This document shows, one piece after another, positions 1 to 6,649 of a DNA stretch of 37,624 nt. Source of the stretch: an uncultured Neomegalonema sp. (lineage in GTDB: Bacteria; Pseudomonadota; Alphaproteobacteria; Rhodobacterales; Rhodobacteraceae); contig CALFWP010000122.1 of the NCBI GenBank assembly GCA_937927905.1, forward strand, positions 1 to 37,624, written 5' to 3'. The first letter of the stretch is position 1. Each line of letters opens with the position of its first letter. The notes beneath the pieces were generated by a model, which was given only the letters and a program-made list of their open reading frames with translations, searched no databases and had not been told where the DNA came from. Both the position numbers and the translations under genes were made by a program.

Positions 1-543
1 GAAAGCCTGGTCATTGGCGGTGCCGGTGGTCGGAGCGGCATATTGGGGATAGAGCGGAAAAAACACGATACGCTCACATCCCTTTTCTTGCATCTCTTTG
101 ATTTTATGAATCGTCGAGGGGTTTCCGTAACGCATACAGAAATCAACCTCGACCCGGTCGCCGTAAAGGGCGTGCAGTCTGACTTTCAGCTTCGCCACCT
201 GATCCTTAGTAATAGTCAGCAAGGGCGATTCATTACGTTCTTCATTCCAAATCGATTTATAGGCTTCACCGGAACTGAACGGACGCTTGGTCAGAATAAC
301 CAGATTAAGCAGCGGCCACCAGAGGGCACGGTTTACATCGACAACGCGGCGGTCACTGAGAAACTCTTTCAGATACCGGCGCATAGACCAGTAATCCGTC
401 CCGTCTGGCGTGCCCAGATTCGCAACCAGAATACCGACCTTTGCCGCCGGCACTGCCGGATGGTCCTGATCCGCATGACGCAGACGCCCCTCTTCACCAG
501 GGTGATGTATCACAGGGCAAATATGATTTGTGTCGTCCAGCAT
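1..543 (-). CDS. hemH: ferrochelatase, N-terminal part (3' end of the gene lies outside the window)
   Basis: Own translation of the minus strand from the ATG at 543: MLDDTNH...KVGILVANLGTPDGTDYWSMRRYLKEFLSDRRVVDV...RIVFFPLYPQYAAPTTGTANDQAF. This carries the ferrochelatase N-terminal signatures (LGTPD, YLxEFLSDxRV, PLYPQY..TTG). It is absent from the ORF track because it runs off the window edge. Confidence 0.85.
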   Translation of the reverse strand, partial: MLDDTNHICPVIHHPGEEGRLRHADQDHPAVPAAKVGILVANLGTPDGTDYWSMRRYLKEFLSDRRVVDVNRALWWPLLNLVILTKRPFSSGEAYKSIWNEERNESPLLTITKDQVAKLKVRLHALYGDRVEVDFCMRYGNPSTIHKIKEMQEKGCERIVFFPLYPQYAAPTTGTANDQAF

Positions 544-667
544 CCGAATCTCCGCAGTGAATAGATTGGAAGCTATGTTTTTGTTGCAGCGCGTCAATGC
601 TGCGTCACCGCCAGCAGGTCATTACCCTTAAAATAACGTATTATTGAAAGGCGCTTTGGACAAAAAT

Positions 668-916
668 CTAATTTCCCAGACGGAGATTCTGTTTGCATTC
701 GACAGGCGGATTGCCGGTAGCGGAATATCCTGTGACACCGCAAGTTTCGCAACGGTATTCACGCAGTCGTTTCTCAGGGTCACCCGTTGCGATCCATTGA
801 CAGTTCTTTTTGGGTGATGCCGAGTACGCACCGCCGCCGCGCGCCGCAATTCCGCGCCGGTTATAAAACACCACAACCGCAATCAGAACAATAACGCCTA
901 TGAGCGGACCGATCAT
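668..916 (-). CDS. small hypothetical protein with an N-terminal TM helix and a four-cysteine C-terminal part
   Basis: 82-aa ORF. Its ATG overlaps the pgsA stop as ATGA (913-916), suggesting translational coupling. It has a hydrophobic N-terminus (IGPLIGVIVLIAVVVF) followed by C-x16-C-x2-C-x14-C. No family recognised. Confidence 0.5.
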   Translation of the reverse strand: MIGPLIGVIVLIAVVVFYNRRGIAARGGGAYSASPKKNCQWIATGDPEKRLREYRCETCGVTGYSATGNPPVECKQNLRLGN

Positions 917-1557
917 GATGGCGGCACCCTGTCAGCCTCGCGGATATAGCGCATGCCTTTACGAAAATAATCAAGGCCCGTAATCAGCGTCAGGGCGGCG
1001 GCAATCCACAACAGGCTCATGGAGATGTAGAACACATACCCCCCGCCGACCCGGGCGATTTTCAACTTGCGGGTGGCGATTTCCCCAGCGGCCTTCACAT
1101 CGGCAATGTCAAAATACGTGTTCCATCCGGCGGCGAGAAACAACCCGCCGATGGCCAGCATCTGTGCGGTGGTTTTCCACTTGGCCAGCCGCGTGACGTC
1201 CAGTTTGATATCACCGAGGTATTCGCGCAGGCCCGAGACCAGAACTTCGCGCAGCAAAATTATGGTCGCCGGTATCGCGAACCACCAGTTCACCCCGTAA
1301 AGCGCAGCGAGCGAAAACATGGCGATAATCACCATCGCTTTGTCCGCTATCGGGTCCAGCATTTTGCCGAAGGCGCTGGTGGCGTTGAACTTGCGCGCAT
1401 ACCAGCCGTCTACAAAATCGGTCAGTGCGGCACCGGTGAACAGCGCAAACGCCACCCAGTCGGCAAAGGGCCGCTCGAACACAGCAAATGAAAATGCCAC
1501 AAAAGGCGCGGCAATCACACGGATAATTGTGAGAATATTCGGTACAGTCCAGATCAT
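913..1557 (-). CDS. pgsA: CDP-alcohol phosphatidyltransferase, most likely CDP-diacylglycerol--glycerol-3-phosphate 3-phosphatidyltransferase
   Basis: 214 aa. Contains the CDP-alcohol phosphatidyltransferase motif DFVDGWYARKFNATSAFGKMLDPIADK, the N-terminal PNILTIIRV typical of PgsA, and multiple TM segments. Confidence 0.75.
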   Translation of the reverse strand: MIWTVPNILTIIRVIAAPFVAFSFAVFERPFADWVAFALFTGAALTDFVDGWYARKFNATSAFGKMLDPIADKAMVIIAMFSLAALYGVNWWFAIPATIILLREVLVSGLREYLGDIKLDVTRLAKWKTTAQMLAIGGLFLAAGWNTYFDIADVKAAGEIATRKLKIARVGGGYVFYISMSLLWIAAALTLITGLDYFRKGMRYIREADRVPPS

Positions 1558-1598
1558 GGGGCCTTGATAGCGCCTGAGACGCCACTTAGGAAGACACC

Positions 1599-2078
1599 AT
1601 GAGCAGATTAGACAGTGTTATTCGCCGCCTCACAGCCCAGAGGGACTGCCTCGGCTGGGCCGTGCACCATGCGCCCGCCGGACCGTGCCTTGATATCGGC
1701 CTTGGCAACGGGCGGACGTATCATCACTTGCGCGAGATTGCTCCCGGGCGCGACCTTTGGACAATCGACCGCGCGATGAAGGCGCACCCGTCCTCGATCC
1801 CGCCGCCGGAATTCTATCTTGAGGGCGAAGCGGTGGAGATGATCGGGGTGCTGGCAGAGCGCATCGGGCGCGGTCTGGCTCTGGTACATTATGACCTCGG
1901 CATCGGCGTGCCGGAACAGGACCGCCCCCTTGCCGATGCGGTGGGCGCGGTTCTGACACAGGTTCTGGCTCCCGGAGCACTGATCGTTACCAATGCCAAG
2001 TTTGCGGATTATCCCGAATTGCCGTTGCCGGAAGGTGTGCCCGAGGGCCGGTATTTTATTCAGTGCGCAGAAGATTGA
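1599..2078 (+). CDS. small conserved protein, possibly a class I SAM-dependent methyltransferase-like protein
   Basis: 159-aa ORF with coding-like composition. The motif CLDIGLGNGRTYHHLRE resembles a glycine-rich SAM-binding loop. The assignment is from memory of similarly sized alphaproteobacterial annotations and is weak. Confidence 0.4.
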   Translation: MSRLDSVIRRLTAQRDCLGWAVHHAPAGPCLDIGLGNGRTYHHLREIAPGRDLWTIDRAMKAHPSSIPPPEFYLEGEAVEMIGVLAERIGRGLALVHYDLGIGVPEQDRPLADAVGAVLTQVLAPGALIVTNAKFADYPELPLPEGVPEGRYFIQCAED

Positions 2079-2116
2079 TTTTTGATGTCCTGATGGCAAT
2101 AATTTTGGCCAGCACC

Positions 2117-2124
2117 TTAATTTT
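2117..2124. repeat. left target-site duplication TTAATTTT
   Basis: The identical 8-mer TTAATTTT directly abuts the outer end of both terminal inverted repeats (2117-2124 and 4756-4763). An 8-bp duplication is the size typical of the IS1595 family. Confidence 0.8.
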
Positions 2125-2149
2125 GGGGCCTATATATTTAACTAGCCAA
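2125..2149. repeat. left terminal inverted repeat (IRL)
   Basis: GGGGCCTATATATTTAACTAGCCAA matches the reverse complement of 4731-4755 at 24 of 25 positions. Confidence 0.85.
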
Positions 2150-2182
2150 AAATAGCTTGCAATCATTTTGATTTTTGGCTAG
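2142..2182. repeat. subterminal 11-bp perfect inverted repeat (CTAGCCAAAAA / TTTTTGGCTAG, 19-nt spacer) overlapping IRL and the transposase 5' region
   Basis: Read directly: 2142-2152 CTAGCCAAAAA and 2172-2182 TTTTTGGCTAG. The spacer contains a possible TTGCAA -35 hexamer at 2156-2161. Confidence 0.6.
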
Positions 2183-2210
2183 CTATGTTCGGGAGACAAC
2201 GAGGTTCCCG

Positions 2211-3140
2211 ATGAGTAAGCCAGATACCCTTAGCACTTTCGAGTTTTTTCAGAAGTTCCCTACTGAGGAATCCGCTCGTCAGTTCTTTGAAGCCCGTCGC
2301 TGGAATGGCGAAGCTGTATGCGGTCACTGCGGTAGCGTTTCTGCAAGCGAGTGCAAAGACCACAAGCCAATGGCTTACCGTTGCAAAGATTGCCGCAAGC
2401 ACTTCAGCGTCCGTACAGGAACCGTCCTTGCTGAGTCCCGCCTTCCCCTTCAGAAGTGGCTTCTCGCGATCTTCATGCTCACCAGCGCGCGTAAGGGTAT
2501 TCCTTCCACTCAGATGGCTCGTGAACTCGGCATCACTCAGAAGTCGGCATGGTTCCTTGCGCAGCGCATCCGCGAAACATGGCTTGGCAATGGCGGCGGA
2601 ACCGATATGGGCAACCATGTTCAGGTTGATGAGACTTTCGTTGGTGGCAAAGAGAAGAACAAGCACGCCAACAAGAAGCTTCACTCAGGGCGCGGTTCGG
2701 TTGGCAAGACTGCCGTTGTCGGCATCCGCGACGAAAACGATCAGATTCGCGCAACGCCAGTCCCGAACACAAAAGCCACCACACTGAAAAGCTTCATCCG
2801 CTCTAACGCGCCCGCTGGCGCAACAGTCGTGACTGACAGCTTCAATTCCTACAATGGCCTTGCCGCCGAAGGCTTCGAACACAAGACGGTCAACCACTCT
2901 ATTGGCGAGTACGTCCGCGACAAGGCTCACACGAACGGCATCGAAAGCTTTTGGGCGCTCCTGAAGCGCGGTCACTACGGCGTCTACCACTACATGAGCG
3001 CAAAGCACCTGCATCGCTATGTCGATGAGTTTACTTTCCGTCACAACACATCACAAGCCGGAACGCTTCAGTTCATCGGCATGACCATCACTCGCATGGC
3101 GCACAAGCGCTTGACCTACAAGGAACTCATCAGTGCCTAA
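2211..3140 (+). CDS. IS1595-family (ISXO2-like) DDE transposase with an N-terminal zinc ribbon
   Basis: The ORF is open from TTG 2175. The ATG at 2211 follows GAGG at 2201-2204. It has an N-terminal CGHCGS...CKDCRKHF zinc ribbon and an HTH-like segment (IPSTQMARELGITQKSAWFLAQRI). The catalytic-like motifs VQVDETFVGG, VVTDSFNSY and NGIESFWALLKR are present. Confidence 0.9.
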   Translation: MSKPDTLSTFEFFQKFPTEESARQFFEARRWNGEAVCGHCGSVSASECKDHKPMAYRCKDCRKHFSVRTGTVLAESRLPLQKWLLAIFMLTSARKGIPSTQMARELGITQKSAWFLAQRIRETWLGNGGGTDMGNHVQVDETFVGGKEKNKHANKKLHSGRGSVGKTAVVGIRDENDQIRATPVPNTKATTLKSFIRSNAPAGATVVTDSFNSYNGLAAEGFEHKTVNHSIGEYVRDKAHTNGIESFWALLKRGHYGVYHYMSAKHLHRYVDEFTFRHNTSQAGTLQFIGMTITRMAHKRLTYKELISA

Positions 3141-4143
3141 GAAGAAGCCAGATGACATTGAGCCAATTAACGCGTCCTTTGATGAGGTGGTTGGCGCGAT
3201 CACCCCAAAAGCCAAAAATAACAGTGCCCTAGTGTCTGCGCCGGGGGCTTCCGCGATCACCCCCGGCCAAGGGATGCTCAACCTCCAAATCGAGAAGCAA
3301 ATTGAGGTTGATGGCGTTGGGATGGGAGTGCTTACCGATGGCACTCCGTTCCTTACGGGCCGAGGCCTAGCTAGGCTTTGCGGAATCAACAACGCTAGGA
3401 TCGTAGAGTTAAGCGCAGACTGGACTGACGAAAGGCGGGCGCTCACAAAACGGGTTAAGGAAATACTGGCATCAAAAAGCATCGTCGTTGACGCGCCGCA
3501 CATCGAAATTAATCAGCGCAGCGGTGCATTTTATGCCTACCCTGACGCGCTGTGCATTGCGGTCCTAGAATACTACGCATTTGATGCCGGTGAAGGCGTT
3601 CGCGAAACCGCAATCGCCAATTATCGCCTTCTTGCAGGCAAGGCACTTCACGACTTCATCTACACGCAAGTTGGATATGACCCTGACCAGCATGTCCCCG
3701 CTGTCTGGCGGCAGTTTCATGATAGGGTTTCTCTAACCTACAATTCAGTGCCAACCGGGTATTTCAGCGTCTTCAAAGAGATCGCAGACATGATAGTGAC
3801 GCTTGGCCAAGCTGGCCTAGCTGTCGATAGTTCTTTTGTCCCCGATGGGAGTGTTGGGACTCATTGGTCCAAGCACTGGAAGTCCAATAATCTCGCAGAG
3901 CAGTTTGGAGAGAGGATGGAGTGGGAGCACAACTATCCAGAATATTTTCCGCAGGCTCGATCAAATCCTCAACCAGCCAAATGCTATCCTGAATCCGCCT
4001 TGCCGGAGTTTCGCAGATGGATGCGCGAAAACTATATCGGTGATGGAAAATTCACGAAATATCTCAACACGAAAATCAAACAAAAGCAGCTTCCGGCATC
4101 GTTCTCCCAGATCGTCATCGAGGCTTACGATTTAGATGACTAG
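3133..4143 (+). CDS. passenger protein of unknown function, weak resemblance to P63C-type phage/virus regulatory proteins
   Basis: 336-aa ORF. The GTG start at 3133 overlaps the transposase stop (3138-3140) by 8 nt. Segments GVLTDGTPFLTGRGLARLCG, FYAYPDALCIAVLEYYAFDAGEG and LLAGKALHDFIYTQVGYDP are laid out like P63C-domain proteins as I remember them. The start codon is uncertain (no in-frame ATG until about codon 48). Confidence 0.7.
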   Translation: MPKKKPDDIEPINASFDEVVGAITPKAKNNSALVSAPGASAITPGQGMLNLQIEKQIEVDGVGMGVLTDGTPFLTGRGLARLCGINNARIVELSADWTDERRALTKRVKEILASKSIVVDAPHIEINQRSGAFYAYPDALCIAVLEYYAFDAGEGVRETAIANYRLLAGKALHDFIYTQVGYDPDQHVPAVWRQFHDRVSLTYNSVPTGYFSVFKEIADMIVTLGQAGLAVDSSFVPDGSVGTHWSKHWKSNNLAEQFGERMEWEHNYPEYFPQARSNPQPAKCYPESALPEFRRWMRENYIGDGKFTKYLNTKIKQKQLPASFSQIVIEAYDLDD

Positions 4144-4199
4144 CATCGTGAACAAAATATGACTCCATCTGTTGACACTCGAAGCAACGGAGTGCTGAT

Positions 4200-4427
4200 C
4201 TAACGAAATCGTGAGATGATTCGCTGGATCATGCTCCCGGTAGGAACAGGCACCTTGGCTTTTATCTCGCCTTGATACCGCGCCCAAGCCAGCGACTTAA
4301 GGCGCTCCATAGCGTCATCAGGCGAACGAGCAGAAATCTCGATGCCCCATTCCGCGTCATCGTGTCGATACTCGAATAGGTATCGGCTGAACTTATTGTC
4401 TGAATCACAGAAGGATCCATCAGACAT
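4200..4427 (-). CDS. small passenger protein of unknown function (75 aa)
   Basis: The ATG at 4427-4425 is preceded on the minus strand by AAGGAAG, 6 nt upstream. The sequence MSDGSF...RYLFEYRHDDAEWGIEISARSPDDAMERLKSLAWARYQGEI is protein-like. I believe similar small proteins occur in alphaproteobacteria but cannot name a family. Confidence 0.5.
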   Translation of the reverse strand: MSDGSFCDSDNKFSRYLFEYRHDDAEWGIEISARSPDDAMERLKSLAWARYQGEIKAKVPVPTGSMIQRIISRFR

Positions 4428-4596
4428 GTTTTACTTCCTTTACAAAGATTCTGCCGACCAGTGGCGGTGGACCCTCTACGCCAGCAACAATCGAAAGATT
4501 GCCAACTCCGGTGAAGGGTACTTCAACAAGGCTGATTGTCAGCACGCGATTGACCTTGTGAAAGGTTCAAGGCAAGCGCCCGTTTACGAACGCTAG
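4426..4596 (+). CDS. DUF1508 / YegP (UPF0339) family protein, single-domain, 56 aa
   Basis: MFYFLYKDSADQWRWTLYASNNRKIANSGEGYFNKADCQHAIDLVKGS matches the YegP repeat pattern (F.xYxD..G.WRWrL.a.NgeiIa.S.eGY.sk..a...I..vk). AAGGA at 4411-4415 precedes the ATG at 4426. The track ORF start at 4342 is an antisense extension into the 75-aa gene. Confidence 0.85.
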   Translation: MFYFLYKDSADQWRWTLYASNNRKIANSGEGYFNKADCQHAIDLVKGSRQAPVYER

Positions 4597-4625
4597 CCCT
4601 GAACTGGTAATTGCAAACTTACCTT

Positions 4626-4652
4626 GGCCCCGTTCACGCGGGGCCTTTTTTT
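4626..4652 (+). terminator. rho-independent terminator after the DUF1508 gene
   Basis: GGCCCCG (4626-4632), a 6-nt loop, CGGGGCC (4639-4645), then TTTTTTT (4646-4652). Confidence 0.8.
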
Positions 4653-4730
4653 ATGCTCGTGAATCATTAACCAAATCTTTCGATGCGCAAAGTAAAAAAT
4701 TACATGCACATACGGTTATATCAATCTAGC

Positions 4731-4755
4731 TTGGCTAGTTAAATATATAGGTCCC
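4731..4755. repeat. right terminal inverted repeat (IRR)
   Basis: TTGGCTAGTTAAATATATAGGTCCC is the reverse complement of IRL with one mismatch. Confidence 0.85.
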
Positions 4756-4763
4756 TTAATTTT
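4756..4763. repeat. right target-site duplication TTAATTTT
   Basis: Identical to 2117-2124 and directly abuts IRR. Confidence 0.8.
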
Positions 4764-4822
4764 GGCCAGTACCTTGCCGCTTAATTGCGAAAATAACTTA
4801 TTGATTGATGTGAATGGATTTT

Positions 4823-5095
4823 TTAATAACTGCCGAATTCCATTTTCTTAAATAAAGTCGGCGCATCTTTTGCGTCCATGTTGTATTTTACGCACATTTT
4901 TACAGTATAAAATATATCTATTATCATTAAAAATACGATAAAAACCCAAAAATTAAATAATCCGCCAATTATCTTGTGATTTATATTGTTGATATTTTGC
5001 GCAAAATATAAAAGATATATTATAGATGAAATTTTAATCCATGGTAGCGATATTGTATATATCATACTTATTGTTTTTATTATCATGCTTTGCAA
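4823..5095 (-). CDS. small hydrophobic protein encoded in an extreme AT-rich islet
   Basis: A 90-codon ORF stays open in DNA that is about 18 percent G+C (11 of 60 counted on 4901-4960), where stop codons should be frequent. It has two long hydrophobic segments (ISMIYTISLPWIKISSIIYLLYF and IIGGLFNFWVFIVFLMIIDIFY). The start is either TTG 5095 or ATG 5086, and no clear RBS is visible. Confidence 0.45.
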   Translation of the reverse strand: MQSMIIKTISMIYTISLPWIKISSIIYLLYFAQNINNINHKIIGGLFNFWVFIVFLMIIDIFYTVKMCVKYNMDAKDAPTLFKKMEFGSY

Positions 5096-5212
5096 GTATA
5101 TATAACATTGATTAAAAAATAATATTTTACATTTAAAAATTATTCATTTTCAGAAATCAGATTACCAGAGTTTTTGGTGTTATACCTGATAACGGCCCGG
5201 CACCGGTATATC

Positions 5213-6562
5213 TCACACCAAATCCCAGAACGCATATTTGCGGCCATGACGTTCGCGCAGACCGCTGACGAAAGCCTCATGGCTGTTGAGCGGACCGTAA
5301 TCGTCGATAACGGCATCGGCGCTTTCGCATTCCAGCATATGCCGCGCGGCGTGTTTATAGCGTTTGGATTTACCGCCGTTGAGCGTATCCTCAATCATCG
5401 CACGGCGCAGAATGGTGGCGGCAAGCGGCTGTTTCGCCTCCAGCGCATCCGCCGCCGGTGCCAGCAGAAAGTAACTGCCGCCGTTGATCGTGCCAAGCTG
5501 TGCCAGGATCAGCGCCGCCGCGCGGTCATGGTCCGGCCAGGTGATCAGAAACGACAGCGCGCGGTCAAAGCCGTGTTCCCCGGTCACATAGTTCAAGGCG
5601 CGTTCTTCGGCCTCGACATCGTCAAAATCAGGCAGGCGTTGGAGATGTTCGCGCAGATACTCCCCGTTCAGCGAGGCTTTGAAAGCCCGCCAGCGCATAT
5701 CCTGTGCTTCGTCCCCCAGCTCCAGAGCATCAAGCGCATCAATCCGCGCGCGGGTCCATTCCGGCGGGCGTCTTTCGTCGTGATCGGCTCCGTCCAGCAA
5801 AGCAAGCGCTTCACCCGGCCTGCCCGCCTTCAAAAGGCGGAATGCGATTTTTGCGGCTACTTTCGGCATCCGCCGCATTTCAGGCTCAAACTGTGCCGCG
5901 TAAGCGTCCGCATCCCCAGCAAGATCGGCCAACTGCATCAGCCCGATGCGTAAAACCGCATCTCCGTCCCATACCGGATCATCCAGCGCCGCTGTGTAGT
6001 GTTGCGTCAGCGTGTTCAGGCCTGCTTCGCCCAGCGCTTCTTGCAGTTTCGGGATCAGCTCTCTGAAAATACCGAAAGCACCGTCGCCTGTAACGGTGGT
6101 AAACACCCTCTCCGCCAAAGCGACCGGCTCAATCTTTGCGTTCAGGGCAATTTCGTTCAGATGCGGGCAGGCATCATCATAGAGCATCAGGATTTCTTCC
6201 AAATCGCCGCCCGTCCTGTCGATCACGGGTGATGCGGTTTCCAGAAATTGCCAGAGCAGATCATAAGCTGTCTTCGGGTTATCGGGTGCAATCCGTGTCG
6301 TTATAATATCACGTTGATTGGTCAGGTCGCGTAGAAACGTCTTACGCTTACGCCAGCTGATATAGGACCGTGATCGCCGGATGGTGGCCAGCCGTTTGCG
6401 TACTTCGGTGGCCAGTGCCTCTGTGCCGGACGCCTCCAGCAAAGCGGCCCGGGCCTCCCGCTTTAATGGCGCGCTCCCCTGCACCAGCGTCATCACCAGT
6501 TCCGCCAGACGCTCCGTCCCGAGTGCCTGCAAATTTTTCGCATTGAGGGTTTTTCCGGCCAT
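5213..6562 (-). CDS. conserved hypothetical helical protein (possibly DUF6880-like)
   Basis: 449 aa with host-like GC. The N-terminus reads LNAKNLQALGTERLAELVMTLVQGS...RKRLATIRRSRSYISWRKRKTF and the C-terminus reads RERHGRKYAFWDLV. I recall this architecture from alphaproteobacterial hypothetical proteins. No catalytic motif is seen. Confidence 0.75.
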   Translation of the reverse strand: MAGKTLNAKNLQALGTERLAELVMTLVQGSAPLKREARAALLEASGTEALATEVRKRLATIRRSRSYISWRKRKTFLRDLTNQRDIITTRIAPDNPKTAYDLLWQFLETASPVIDRTGGDLEEILMLYDDACPHLNEIALNAKIEPVALAERVFTTVTGDGAFGIFRELIPKLQEALGEAGLNTLTQHYTAALDDPVWDGDAVLRIGLMQLADLAGDADAYAAQFEPEMRRMPKVAAKIAFRLLKAGRPGEALALLDGADHDERRPPEWTRARIDALDALELGDEAQDMRWRAFKASLNGEYLREHLQRLPDFDDVEAEERALNYVTGEHGFDRALSFLITWPDHDRAAALILAQLGTINGGSYFLLAPAADALEAKQPLAATILRRAMIEDTLNGGKSKRYKHAARHMLECESADAVIDDYGPLNSHEAFVSGLRERHGRKYAFWDLV

Positions 6563-6594
6563 AGGCGTATTGTGCCTCTCCGGTCATGTTATGC

Positions 6595-6624
6595 CAACAA
6601 AAAACCCCCGCACGAGGGCGGGGG
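6595..6624 (-). terminator. rho-independent terminator of pnp
   Basis: On the minus strand: GCCCCCGC, a loop, GCGGGGG, followed by a T-run. On the plus strand this is the A-run at 6595-6604 with stem arms at 6605-6611 and 6618-6624. It lies about 25 nt after the pnp stop. Confidence 0.8.
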
Positions 6625-6649
6625 CTTACTGTGGTTTTGTGCGGCGTGA

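Larger units (their letters stand above)
2125..4755 (+). mobile_element. IS1595-family insertion sequence carrying passenger genes (2631 bp)
   Basis: 25-bp terminal inverted repeats: GGGGCCTATATATTTAACTAGCCAA at 2125-2149, against the reverse complement of 4731-4755, GGGACCTATATATTTAACTAGCCAA (one mismatch). They are flanked by the 8-bp direct repeat TTAATTTT. The element contains an ISXO2/IS1595-type DDE transposase plus three further ORFs. Confidence 0.85.

Noticed and set aside
43-564. 173-aa ORF on the plus strand at the window start
   Set aside because: The opposite strand encodes a clear ferrochelatase N-terminus, so this is its antisense shadow.
4149-4163. GAAC-N7-GACT, a partial LexA-like half-site pair inside the IS cargo
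   Set aside because: The second half-site does not match (GACT instead of GAAC), and it lies in the convergent 3' region between two genes, not in a promoter.
5174-5953. 259-aa ORF on the plus strand
   Set aside because: It is antisense to the 449-aa conserved gene. The product is Arg-rich and low-complexity, and the ORF starts inside the AT-rich spacer.
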